Below are positions 39,350 through 48,870 of a stretch of DNA of 64,000 bases, in pieces. A program made the translations under genes and the position numbers. The DNA is from Candidatus Woesebacteria bacterium RIFCSPHIGHO2_01_FULL_39_23 (lineage in GTDB: Bacteria > Patescibacteriota > Microgenomatia > UBA8517), in the NCBI GenBank assembly GCA_001792305.1, contig MGGH01000036.1, forward strand, positions 18,599 to 82,598. Direction: 5' to 3'. The notes below the pieces were generated by a model. That model was not told where the DNA came from. It saw only the letters and a program-made list of their open reading frames with translations, and did not search any database. The first letter of the stretch is position 1; every line of letters starts with the position of its first letter.

Positions 39350-40690
39350 ATGGTCCAGATTAGAACTCGTTTTGCTCCTAGTCCGACAGGATTTTTGCAT
39401 ATTGGCGGACTTAGGACCGCTCTGTACTCATATGCCATAGCAAAGCACAGCAATGGCGATTTTATACTAAGAGTCGAAGATACTGACCAGAAAAGGATCG
39501 TTGAGGGAGCGACCTTAGCTTTACAGAATATTTTGAAAAGATTTGGATTAGTTTGGGATGAATTTTATATTCAGTCAGAAAGGCAGAAAAAAGGGTTTTA
39601 TAAAAGAGCCGCTGATAAATTAGTCCAGCAAGGGCATGCTTTTTACTGTCAATGTAAACCGAAGAACGCAAAAGAAGAGGGGTTTTCGAAACAACTTCGC
39701 GACAGCTGTCGAAATAAGAAGTTTACTTCAGGAGCAGTCAAGATCAAGGTTCCCGATAACGTGGCTGTCTCCTATTTCGACTTTGTTCACCAGAAAGAAA
39801 TTTTATGGAATACAAACGATGTCTATGATGCCACATTACTTAAATCAGACGGTTTTCCCACATATCACCTTGCCGTTGTCGTTGATGATCTTGATATGAA
39901 GATAACTCATATATTGCGGGGACATGATTGGTTACCTTCGACACCAATTCATTTGCTTATCTTTAGTTATCTTAGTAACCGTAGACCAGAAATTGGGCAC
40001 GCAACGGATATTCTCTCAGGCGAGACTGGAAAAAAACTTTCAAAAAGGCGAGATTCTGTCTTTGTTGAAGAGTTTCTAAAAGAAGGGTATTTGCCGGAAG
40101 CTCTTCTTAATTTTGTGATGTTGTTGGGTTGGGCGCCTAAGGATAATAGAGAAATTTTCAGTCTCGAAGAATTTGTAGAAGCTTTTGACATAAAAGGGTT
40201 TCAGGATGCAAACCCGAAGTTTTTTATTGAAAAACTCGATTGGATGAATGGAGAGTATATTAGAAAATCTAAAGTATCAAATCTCAAATCTCAAATCTTC
40301 GATTTTTTCGAAGGCGGGTATGATAAAGATTTGATCGGTAAAACATTGCCTCTGGTAAAAGAGCGGATCAAAAAACTTTCGGAGTTTGAAAGTTTAGCGG
40401 GATTTTTCTTTGAAAGACCAAAAGTTGATTTAAAACTTTTCAGTGGTGATTATAAAAAACATTTAAAAGTAGCGCTTGGTGTTCTGCAAGGTTTAAACAG
40501 TTTTGATTTGGAGTCTCTTAATCGAAAATTAATGGATTCAATAAAAGGAAATAAATTTAAGACGGGAGATTTCTTTATGGCTCTGCGGATTGCAATCACC
40601 GGAAGTCGTTTTACTCCGCCGATAAATGAATCGATTTTGGTTTTAGGCAGAGACGAAGTAGTAAAAAGAATTAAAAAAGTCTTGAAATAA
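39350..40690 (+). CDS. gltX: Glutamate--tRNA ligase
   Basis: RTRFAPSPTGFLHIGG, LRVEDTD, KLSKR. Confidence 0.97.
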   Translation: MVQIRTRFAPSPTGFLHIGGLRTALYSYAIAKHSNGDFILRVEDTDQKRIVEGATLALQNILKRFGLVWDEFYIQSERQKKGFYKRAADKLVQQGHAFYCQCKPKNAKEEGFSKQLRDSCRNKKFTSGAVKIKVPDNVAVSYFDFVHQKEILWNTNDVYDATLLKSDGFPTYHLAVVVDDLDMKITHILRGHDWLPSTPIHLLIFSYLSNRRPEIGHATDILSGETGKKLSKRRDSVFVEEFLKEGYLPEALLNFVMLLGWAPKDNREIFSLEEFVEAFDIKGFQDANPKFFIEKLDWMNGEYIRKSKVSNLKSQIFDFFEGGYDKDLIGKTLPLVKERIKKLSEFESLAGFFFERPKVDLKLFSGDYKKHLKVALGVLQGLNSFDLESLNRKLMDSIKGNKFKTGDFFMALRIAITGSRFTPPINESILVLGRDEVVKRIKKVLK

Positions 40691-40695
40691 TTTAT

Positions 40696-41646
40696 ATGAA
40701 AAAACCTGCCCAAAAATTAAATTTCGATGACGTAAGGAATCGTCTAAAGCTAAAGAATTTTTCCGAACAGGAAAAATTTGGAGGCAATTTCCCCCACGCA
40801 GTTAATTTTCTTAAAGAAAAGAATATCGAGCTTGGGAGGATTCGTGATCACTCAATAAAACTTATTGCAAGCGGATTGGTTACGGGATCGCTTTTGCTTA
40901 ATCCACCTCAGGGTTTGGATAAGTTATTACCACCACCCCAATCAGTAATAGAAGAGTTAAATCAAGCTAAGTTTTTAGGAAATAAATCAAGACAAAAAAG
41001 TTTGCTAGATTCTTTAAGCAGGATATTGCCATCGACGGTTGGGCCGCTAAATCGCGATCAAGAAAAGGTGCTTGAGAGGGTATTTATAGAAATAATAGGT
41101 GTCCCGGCCAGAGCAACACTTGAAGGTGAACATTTAAATACTACGTACGGATTTATCGGAGCGGAACAGCATTTAAAAAGATATCCCGGCGATACGTTAC
41201 CGGATCATTCACAAGATGTTGATGTACTTCGATCAGGAATTGCTCCAAGTCTTGGCGCATGGGGATACTTTGCAAGGTCTAAAACGCAATTGTCAGAGGA
41301 CTTGAAAGATACAGAAAAGTGGTATGCAGTGGTACAAACGCTTTACCTTCCAGAATGGAATAGAAGGGTAAGCTATCTTCGTGATTGGTACAAGTACAGA
41401 AAATTACTTATTGTAAACACTAAAAATGGGAATGCGGTAGTAGCGTCTGTTGCTGATTCAGGTCCAGCAGCCTGGACCGGCAAGCATTTTGGGGGAAGCC
41501 CAGAGGTTATGGAGTATTTAGGGGGCCCAAGGTATAAAAAGGGGCCGGTGGTTGTTTTTTTTGTAGACGATCCAGAGAACAAAGTTCCTTTGGGACCTGT
41601 CGAGTATAATCAGTATAGTACACTTATACAGTCGTACACTAGTTGA
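40696..41646 (+). CDS. Conserved hypothetical protein
   Basis: 316 aa; VADSGPA..FGGSPE C-terminus loosely DPBB-like. Confidence 0.75.
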   Translation: MKKPAQKLNFDDVRNRLKLKNFSEQEKFGGNFPHAVNFLKEKNIELGRIRDHSIKLIASGLVTGSLLLNPPQGLDKLLPPPQSVIEELNQAKFLGNKSRQKSLLDSLSRILPSTVGPLNRDQEKVLERVFIEIIGVPARATLEGEHLNTTYGFIGAEQHLKRYPGDTLPDHSQDVDVLRSGIAPSLGAWGYFARSKTQLSEDLKDTEKWYAVVQTLYLPEWNRRVSYLRDWYKYRKLLIVNTKNGNAVVASVADSGPAAWTGKHFGGSPEVMEYLGGPRYKKGPVVVFFVDDPENKVPLGPVEYNQYSTLIQSYTS

Positions 41647-41708
41647 GGGGTATATGAGCAAAATTTTTTACAATCGCGTAGCTGAGTGCTACAAAATTTT
41701 GTGAAGTT

Positions 41709-42065
41709 ATGAGCAAAATTTTTTACGATGACCTAGTTGACTTGTCCAAGGTCGAAAAAAAAATTAACAAAGTAGCTCGAAGCGAGGAAGAAAAGCACGA
41801 GCTGTGGAAAACAGTTGACGAAATCGTTCACCACAGAGTTATGGGTTGTATTTTAAGTCGGCTTCCAAGAGAGCATCATGAAGATTTTTTAGACAAATTT
41901 CGTAGACGTCCGCACGACGAAGGTTTATTTGAATACCTCAAAGAAAAAATAAAAGATGATATAAAATTCTTTATCAAAGAAGAGGCTTTGAAACTTGGCT
42001 ATGAGCTTCTGGGCGAATTGAGTGTTGGTTTAATGAGAGAAGAACTGGACAAAAAGAAAGAATAG
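41709..42065 (+). CDS. Hypothetical protein
   Basis: 118 aa helical, His-containing. Confidence 0.75.
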   Translation: MSKIFYDDLVDLSKVEKKINKVARSEEEKHELWKTVDEIVHHRVMGCILSRLPREHHEDFLDKFRRRPHDEGLFEYLKEKIKDDIKFFIKEEALKLGYELLGELSVGLMREELDKKKE

Positions 42066-42119
42066 TATAACCTTAACTTCTTAAGGTTATTTTAAGCTTT
42101 TTGCGTATAATATTTTGTA

Positions 42120-42791
42120 GTGCGAATACTTGTTATCGAAGATGAACATAAAATTGCGAACTCAATAAAAAGGGGGCTAGAATTAGAGTCGTTTGCAGTG
42201 GATGTCGCCTACAGTGGCATCGAAGGATATGACCTCGCCGCATCCGAAAGTTACGATGTAATAATTATTGACATAATGCTTCCTGGAATGGATGGTCGTG
42301 AAATTTGTAATAAGTTACGGCAAGAAAATAACCATGCTCCTATACTGATGCTTACCGCTCTTGGGTCTCTATCTGATAAGGTTAGTGGTCTAAATACTGG
42401 AGCAGATGATTACTTAGTTAAGCCTTTTGCCTTTGAAGAACTTTTAGCGCGAATCAAAGCTCTTTCTAGAAGACCAAGAAACGGTGGGCAAACAAAGTTG
42501 AAAATTAGAGATTTGGAATTAGATTCGGTGACTTATGAAGTTAAAAGAGGAAATAAAAACATTAATCTTACAAAAAAAGAATTCGTTTTGCTTGAGTATT
42601 TAATGAGAAATTCGGGGAAAACAGTTAATAAAGACAATATTATTGAACATGTGTGGAATTACGACGCGGACATTCTTCCAAACACAGTTGAAGTTTACAT
42701 ACGTTACCTAAGACAAAAAATTGACAAAGGTTATGTAGGCAGAGACAAACTGATTCACACTGTTCGTGGATTCGGCTACAAATTGGAATAG
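42120..42791 (+). CDS. OmpR-family response regulator
   Basis: IEDE, DIMLPGMDG, GADDYLVKPF, IHTVRGFGY. Confidence 0.97.
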   Translation: MRILVIEDEHKIANSIKRGLELESFAVDVAYSGIEGYDLAASESYDVIIIDIMLPGMDGREICNKLRQENNHAPILMLTALGSLSDKVSGLNTGADDYLVKPFAFEELLARIKALSRRPRNGGQTKLKIRDLELDSVTYEVKRGNKNINLTKKEFVLLEYLMRNSGKTVNKDNIIEHVWNYDADILPNTVEVYIRYLRQKIDKGYVGRDKLIHTVRGFGYKLE

Positions 42792-42797
42792 CTATTT

Positions 42798-43820
42798 ATG
42801 CATATTTTTGACTCTACAAGGTTGAAATTAACCGCGTGGTATTTGCTAATTATTGCACTAATTAGTATTGGCTTTAGTGCAATAATTTACCAGGTTGTAA
42901 CAAATGAACTCGAAAGAGGATTTATGGTAGCTGAGTATAGAATTCGAGGAATGCCAATACCAAGGCAGCGAGTGCGGTTGCTTCTTGAGGATGAGCTAGT
43001 CTCCGCAAAACATTTAGTAGCCGCAAGGCTTGCCGTGGTCAATGGTTTTATATTAGTAGTGTCTGGGTTAGCAAGCTACTTTTTAGCAGGAAAGTCACTT
43101 CAGCCAATTAAAGTGGCGATGGATGAGCAGAAGCGTTTTGTAGCAGATGCTAGTCATGAGCTTAAAACCCCATTAACTTCGATGATGACGGAGATTGAGG
43201 TGGCGCTTCGAGATAAAAAGTTAAACTTGAGCGAGTCGAAAAAACTTCTGAAAAGTAATTTGCAGGAAGTAGAAAAGATGAAAGGGTTGGCTAACTATCT
43301 GCTTTCTCTCTCAAGATACAGAGCAAACGGAAAAGATGTAATTAAGGAAAGGGTTGATATGAAAGGGGTAGTGTCTGAAGCATTAGAAAAAAATATGGCT
43401 TTAGCTACCAAAAATGAAATTAAAATAACTAACGAGTTAGAAAGCGTAAATGTTTATGGAAACAAGCAAAGCTTGGTTGAACTTGTTTCGGTTTTAGTTA
43501 ACAACGCAATAAAGTATACTCCAAGGGATAAAAGCCTGCCTGTCAGCAGGGCAGGCATAAATATAAGTTTGAGAAAGGCAGGAAAGAATGCCGTGCTTGA
43601 TGTGAAAGATGAGGGAATAGGAATAGACGAAAAAGATATTCCCCACATTTTTGACAGGTTTTATCGAGCAGACTTATCCCGTCGTAAAGACGTTGTCGAC
43701 GGATATGGTTTGGGACTTTCTATCGCAAAGTCAATTGCAGAACTTCATCGGGGTACAATAAATGTTGTTAGTGCCCCCGGAAAAGGTAGTGTGTTTACAG
43801 TGATCATTCCGGCGTCTTAA
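42798..43820 (+). CDS. Sensor histidine kinase
   Basis: Two TM, DASHELKTPL, NAIKY, DEGIGI, FDRFYR, GLGLSI. Confidence 0.96.
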   Translation: MHIFDSTRLKLTAWYLLIIALISIGFSAIIYQVVTNELERGFMVAEYRIRGMPIPRQRVRLLLEDELVSAKHLVAARLAVVNGFILVVSGLASYFLAGKSLQPIKVAMDEQKRFVADASHELKTPLTSMMTEIEVALRDKKLNLSESKKLLKSNLQEVEKMKGLANYLLSLSRYRANGKDVIKERVDMKGVVSEALEKNMALATKNEIKITNELESVNVYGNKQSLVELVSVLVNNAIKYTPRDKSLPVSRAGINISLRKAGKNAVLDVKDEGIGIDEKDIPHIFDRFYRADLSRRKDVVDGYGLGLSIAKSIAELHRGTINVVSAPGKGSVFTVIIPAS

Positions 43821-43918
43821 GCCTTTTCTCAGACTACTTCTATATATTTTATACAAAGGTTTGGGGGGCTTGCCCCTCGAAGCCTTGGCGAAGGGGGGTG
43901 AGAGGTGTGAGTAAAAAA

Positions 43919-44374
43919 ATGCAGAAGATGATAGTACCAACAGTAGTTATGATGGCTCTTTTAGCCGTTGGAATTTATGGGGTAAGCCAGGTTTCAGCTG
44001 ATGACTTGTCGAGTTATCCTCCAATAGTGGAGCGATTGGCAGACAAATTCGGTTTGAATGTGGCGGACGTTGAGGAAGTCTTCATTCAAGAGCGTAGTGA
44101 ACATCATGAAATGATGAGACAAACTATTGAAGAGAGATTAAACCAAGCTGTAGCAGACGGTAAAATTACCGAAGAACAAAAGAACGCACTCTTGGCTAAA
44201 AGAGACGAAATGCAGGCAGAGCGGGAAGCGGAGAGAGAGGAACATCGCGCGAAGATGCAAAGGTGGTTTGAAGATCAGGGTATTGACCCAGAGGTTCTTG
44301 CACAATACGGGGGATTTGCCGGAGGTTTCAAGCGAGGTGTGCATATGGGATATATGACGGGTTCAAGTAATTAA
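43919..44374 (+). CDS. Exported helical hypothetical protein
   Basis: Signal peptide, LNQAVADGKITEEQ motif. Confidence 0.8.
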   Translation: MQKMIVPTVVMMALLAVGIYGVSQVSADDLSSYPPIVERLADKFGLNVADVEEVFIQERSEHHEMMRQTIEERLNQAVADGKITEEQKNALLAKRDEMQAEREAEREEHRAKMQRWFEDQGIDPEVLAQYGGFAGGFKRGVHMGYMTGSSN

Positions 44375-44432
44375 ACGTGATCCTGTCAAAGAGAGAAGCG
44401 CCTTTTTAAAAGTGTTTCTTTTTTGGCTTGAT

Positions 44433-45122
44433 TTAGGCTATTTTTGGTTTACGGCTTAAGACGATAAAATTCCAAATATCACTAGATATTTCTTTTCGAG
44501 ACCACTGCTGAAGTATTTTGTTAATCTGTTCTTCACCAAATGTTTCTTTTAGCACGTCAAGAGAAGTTTTACTTATTACAATTTGTCCACCTTCTTTCAA
44601 GACTCTATCGTATTCCGTAATAATGGACTCCAATTTGTCAGGATCTGCGTAAAAAATGGCTCCAAGGTTTTCAAAGACGATGTCAGCAGTCTTGTCACGA
44701 ACCGGTAATTTTAACGCGCTTGCTGTGATAAATTTAAATTCTACGTTAGGAAACGATCCCGGAAAAGACATTTTTGGTGGAATTATACGATTGTTTATTT
44801 CTTCATGGGCATAATCGCTGGCAATTATTAAAGGTTTATTCCCTTTCCTACTATTTCCGGATAGTTGATCATTTAAGTTTCTTGCAATAACCTCTTCGTA
44901 TTGCCCGATAGCAGAGCAGGTTCCTATTAAAGTAAAAGTTCTGTCGTTTAACGTAGCTACTTGGGGGATAACACCTTCGTCTTGAAGCAAATTGAAAAAA
45001 CTTTTATCAGGCATCATTTCAGCACGTTCCTCAGGTTTTTTGTCATACCCCCCTGCCCATTTCTTAGGTCCCGCGATTCGACCGCCCGAGCCCCCCTCAA
45101 TTAATCCGTTATCTGTGTTCAT
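44433..45122 (-). CDS. Methyltransferase-like protein
   Basis: ASALKLPV..ADIV, EYDRVLKEGG. Confidence 0.65.
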   Translation of the reverse strand: MNTDNGLIEGGSGGRIAGPKKWAGGYDKKPEERAEMMPDKSFFNLLQDEGVIPQVATLNDRTFTLIGTCSAIGQYEEVIARNLNDQLSGNSRKGNKPLIIASDYAHEEINNRIIPPKMSFPGSFPNVEFKFITASALKLPVRDKTADIVFENLGAIFYADPDKLESIITEYDRVLKEGGQIVISKTSLDVLKETFGEEQINKILQQWSRKEISSDIWNFIVLSRKPKIA

Positions 45123-45232
45123 GTCCCTATTGTATATTATTATCAGACAGAAGGATTATAACTACAAACTTTTTAAGCTTTTTCTCAGCGTGGGTGTTTA
45201 GGATGTAATTTGTTTTAATAACAGTACTTAAG

Positions 45233-46291
45233 ATGTTTAGTAAAAGACGAGTAGCCATCGCCGCTTTTTTTGTTTTAACGGTAGGATTCGTGTACCTAAA
45301 TCTAAGTGGCAAAGCGCCTGGGATTCAGAATTTTGTTGAGCTTGGTGATCAGGAAAACTTAGGAGGACCTGGGAACGAGCCTCATCCGTTGTCAATTGAG
45401 GCACTTCGTGAGGGTGAATACCCCGGTAGCGATATCGCCATTGAACAGACACTCTCACCTGGGAGCAATTATCAAAGGTATATTGCTTCTTATAAATCAG
45501 AAGGTCTGAAAATTTACGGACTACTGACCGTGCCAAACGGCAGTCCTACGGCAGAATCGGGTTGGCCTGCAATTGTTTTTAATCACGGATATATTTCACC
45601 AAGCGTCTACAAAACGACCGAAAAGTACGTTATCTATCAGGATGCTTTTGCACGAGCAGGTTATGTGACATTTAAATCCGATTTTCGAGGCCATGGAAAC
45701 TCGGAAGGTACCGCCACTGGTGGCTACGGGACAAATGACTATACAATAGACGTTTTAAATGCGGTCTCGACAATTAAAAAATATTCCCAAGTTGATCCAA
45801 ACCGAATTGGAATGTGGGGACATTCGATGGGGGGGCACATAACGCTTGAGGCAATGGTGGTTGGTCGCGACATTAAAGCGGGTGTAATTTGGGCAGGGGT
45901 AACCGGTTCCTACAGTGACTTATTTGAACGGTGGAGAAGAAGTCCAATCCCCGGAAACACAAGCTTGACTCGCCAACGAGGTAGGTGGAGGCAAGAATTA
46001 TCAAGTAAGTATGGCACACCTGAGCAAAACCCAGATTTTTGGGAAGCCCTTTCTGCAACAAGTTATTTATCCGATATTTCAGGGCCATTACAGCTTCACC
46101 ATGGCGCAGCCGACTCCTCTGTGCCTATAGAGTTTTCCCAAAATCTAGAGTCACAATTAAAAGAAGCCGGGAAAGATGTGGAACTTTTTGTTTATAACGG
46201 TGATGATCATAACCTTTCAAAAAATTTATCCTTAGCGCTGACGAGATCAGTTGATTTTTTTGACAAACATCTTAAAGAAGGAGGTGAGTAA
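45233..46291 (+). CDS. Exported alpha/beta hydrolase (peptidase S9-like)
   Basis: NHGY, DFRGHG, GHSMGG nucleophile, DSSVP, DDH. Confidence 0.92.
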   Translation: MFSKRRVAIAAFFVLTVGFVYLNLSGKAPGIQNFVELGDQENLGGPGNEPHPLSIEALREGEYPGSDIAIEQTLSPGSNYQRYIASYKSEGLKIYGLLTVPNGSPTAESGWPAIVFNHGYISPSVYKTTEKYVIYQDAFARAGYVTFKSDFRGHGNSEGTATGGYGTNDYTIDVLNAVSTIKKYSQVDPNRIGMWGHSMGGHITLEAMVVGRDIKAGVIWAGVTGSYSDLFERWRRSPIPGNTSLTRQRGRWRQELSSKYGTPEQNPDFWEALSATSYLSDISGPLQLHHGAADSSVPIEFSQNLESQLKEAGKDVELFVYNGDDHNLSKNLSLALTRSVDFFDKHLKEGGE

Positions 46292-46292
46292 G

Positions 46293-46880
46293 ATGGAAGA
46301 ATCTAACGAAGTTAGTGAGAAGGAAATTAAGAAAAGCATCAATCCAATATTTATTATTGGAGCAGTCTTAACCACGTTAGTGGCGTTGTTGGTTGTAGCA
46401 AATATAAGTTTACAGAAGACTGATGTTGCTTCCGTGGCAGGAGTAAAAGATGAAGCAAACGGGTTAAGTCAAGATTTGTCTGATAATGATTTAACTGTGA
46501 AAGTTGTGAATGTCGATGCGGGTAGTTTTTATTATAGCAGAACCCAAGAAAACCGTGAGCTCTCAGCTCACGAATGAATTGAATTCTGATATGTCATCCT
46601 CCTTTAGAGGAAACCCCGCTTTTCAAAGCGGGGAGGATGTCATAAACCAAATGAAATCAGGGTCAAAAAAGGCGAAAAAGTTAAAGTTGTTATGAAATCG
46701 GTTGATATGATGCATGATTTTGTAATCGATGAACTTGGTGTCCGCACAAGAATTGCACAAGCAGGAGAGATGGCAGAGGTAGAATTTGGTGTAAATAAAA
46801 CTGGAGAGCTCGAATTTTACTGTAGTATAGGCAACCATCGGGATATGGGTATGGTTGGCACGCTTATTATTGAAGAGTAG
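46293..46880 (+). pseudogene. Membrane-anchored cupredoxin interrupted by a 108-bp insertion
   Basis: Removing 46536-46643 restores GSFYY-KPNEIRVKKGEKV...HDF...YCSIGNHRDMGM (159 aa). Confidence 0.88.
46536..46643 (+). mobile_element. Non-autonomous IS200/IS605-like miniature element
   Basis: Inserted after TTAT; hairpins CGTGAGCT/AGCTCACG and CCCCGCTTT/AAAGCGGGG; ends GGAGGATGTCAT; no ORF, no clear target duplication. Confidence 0.75.
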
Positions 46881-46894
46881 TTGTGTTGAATTTA

Positions 46895-47080
46895 TTGACA
46901 GGTTTTAACACCTTTTATATAATTGTCCCAATGTTTTGGCATTTTGGAATTACTAAAAACCAGTACAACCTCGCCGTCTGCGGGGCAATCTTTGCTGGTT
47001 TGAAGCAATTCGAAATCATAATCTAGCTAGAACAAACGATACTTTTTGCAAAACCAGCTAAAGAACGGCTGGTTTTTTTT
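46895..47080 (+). promoter_or_regulatory. Consensus promoter, 31-codon leader ORF (46931-47026) and attenuator
   Basis: TTGACA-N17-TATAAT; leader MFWHFGITKNQYNLAVCGAIFAGLKQFEIII; terminator AAAACCAGC/GCTGGTTTT plus U run; competing TGCTGGTTT in the leader. Confidence 0.8.
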
Positions 47081-47095
47081 GTAGGAGTCAAAATT

Positions 47096-48298
47096 ATGGA
47101 TAGATTTATGAGTAAACTAAAAATGAACGTGAATAGCACGATTTCGCGCTACTACGCTTTTGTCTTTTTTAAAGACTTGGCGTTTTTCTCTGCCGTCTTA
47201 GTACCCTTTTTTACCGATTGGGGAGGAATTAATCTAACCCAAGTACAAATCTTACAATCATGGTTTATGTTTTGGATGTTTATCCTGGAAATTCCAACCG
47301 GAGCAGTGGCAGACTTCGTAGGAAGAAAACACTCGCTGGCACTTGGTGCTTTGGTCGTGGCAGTTGCAGCTTTGGTTTACGGAAGCCTGCCGAACTTTGG
47401 AGTTTTTTTATTGGGAGAATTTTTATTCGCCACTGCAATGGCTATGATGTCCGGGGCAGACGAGGCTCTTTTGTACGATTCTTTGAAGGAAGTGGGCAGG
47501 GAAGACGAGAGTAGAAAATTTTTTGGGAGAGCGAATTCTATACGTCTTACAGGCATGCTTTTGGCTGCACCTATCGGTTCGTTCATTGCTTCCAGAATAG
47601 GTTTGAATATGCCGATGGTTTTGTCAGCTATTCCATATTTATTAGCTAGCGTTATAGCCTGGAGCATTAGAGAACCCGGGATACGTGTCAAAAATTCTGA
47701 ATCCATAAGATATCTGATAATTGTGAGGGAAGGGATCAAGAGTCTTAAAGAGAACAAGAAACTGAAATTGTTAGCTATAGACGCAATAGTTGTTTCGTCT
47801 GCTGCAAATTTCATTATTTGGCTATACCAGCCTTTCTTAAAACTCGTCGGCATACCTATTTTATACTTCGGTGTTGTTCACGCCATGTTGGTTTTGTCTG
47901 AAATTATTGTTTCGAGTAACTTTGAAAGGTTAACTAAGATATTAAAAGGGGATAAGCAATACTTGAGATTTTCGGCAGCTGTTGTTGCTTTTTCATTTTT
48001 TTTAGTTGCCCTGTTTCCCAACGCCTTATCGGTTTTTGCTTTTGTGATAATTGGCGGAGGTGTTGGTTTAACAAGGCTTAATTTTATGTCGGCCATTATG
48101 AATAAATATATAGACTCGAAAAACCGGGCGACTATTCTATCTTCCATATCTATGTTCAGGAGATTTGCTCTGGTATTTTTAAACCCGATTATGGGTTTTA
48201 TTGCTGACAGATCTTTAGTGGTTGCATCATTTTCAGTGGGATTACTGGCACTCGGTATTTTTTTATTTTCCCCGCTTAGAAAAGAGGCTCTGGATTAA
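47096..48298 (+). CDS. MFS transporter
   Basis: About 12 TM, EIPTGAVADFVGRK, SGADEALLYDSL, RATILS. Confidence 0.93.
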   Translation: MDRFMSKLKMNVNSTISRYYAFVFFKDLAFFSAVLVPFFTDWGGINLTQVQILQSWFMFWMFILEIPTGAVADFVGRKHSLALGALVVAVAALVYGSLPNFGVFLLGEFLFATAMAMMSGADEALLYDSLKEVGREDESRKFFGRANSIRLTGMLLAAPIGSFIASRIGLNMPMVLSAIPYLLASVIAWSIREPGIRVKNSESIRYLIIVREGIKSLKENKKLKLLAIDAIVVSSAANFIIWLYQPFLKLVGIPILYFGVVHAMLVLSEIIVSSNFERLTKILKGDKQYLRFSAAVVAFSFFLVALFPNALSVFAFVIIGGGVGLTRLNFMSAIMNKYIDSKNRATILSSISMFRRFALVFLNPIMGFIADRSLVVASFSVGLLALGIFLFSPLRKEALD

Positions 48299-48327
48299 GT
48301 ATACTTAGAGTATGGGAGTGACCATAT

Positions 48328-48870
48328 ATGGATAAATTTGAAGGTAAATCAAAATTGGTTTTTTTGCTTCTACCCGCTTTTTTGGTCACTTTTGTGGTGG
48401 TATTTATACTTCTGAAGTCCAAGGGGAAAATTTTGCCTGGGGAGGAAGTTCACTACCACGCAGGGTTTCAGGTTTACAAAGATGATAAGTTGGTTGATTT
48501 TTCTGATTTTAGGTATATGCATATTGAACCGTGTTCGACCGGGGATCATGAGGAGCAGCCAACTCAGGAAGAGGAACAAATTGAAAAAGCCCATCTTCAT
48601 GACTATATTGGAGATGTTGTCCATGTTCACAGAGAAGGAGTTGTTTGGAGGAATTTATTTACTAATATTAATTATGAAATTTCGGTTGATATAGCTGGTT
48701 ACATTAATGGCGAAAAGGTCGATGACGCGTTAAACTATCCGATTAACTCTTATGATAGTGTCGTTTTTTTTGAGGGGGAAAACAGAGATATAGATAAAAA
48801 ACTCCAAGCAGCCGTCACAAAAGATCGTATTGTTGAAGCCGAGAGTAGAAGCGAGAATTGTGGAGGCTAA
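48328..48870 (+). CDS. Membrane-anchored His-rich hypothetical protein
   Basis: TM helix, VHYHAGF, AHLHD, VHVH, terminal ENCG. Confidence 0.75.
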   Translation: MDKFEGKSKLVFLLLPAFLVTFVVVFILLKSKGKILPGEEVHYHAGFQVYKDDKLVDFSDFRYMHIEPCSTGDHEEQPTQEEEQIEKAHLHDYIGDVVHVHREGVVWRNLFTNINYEISVDIAGYINGEKVDDALNYPINSYDSVVFFEGENRDIDKKLQAAVTKDRIVEAESRSENCGG

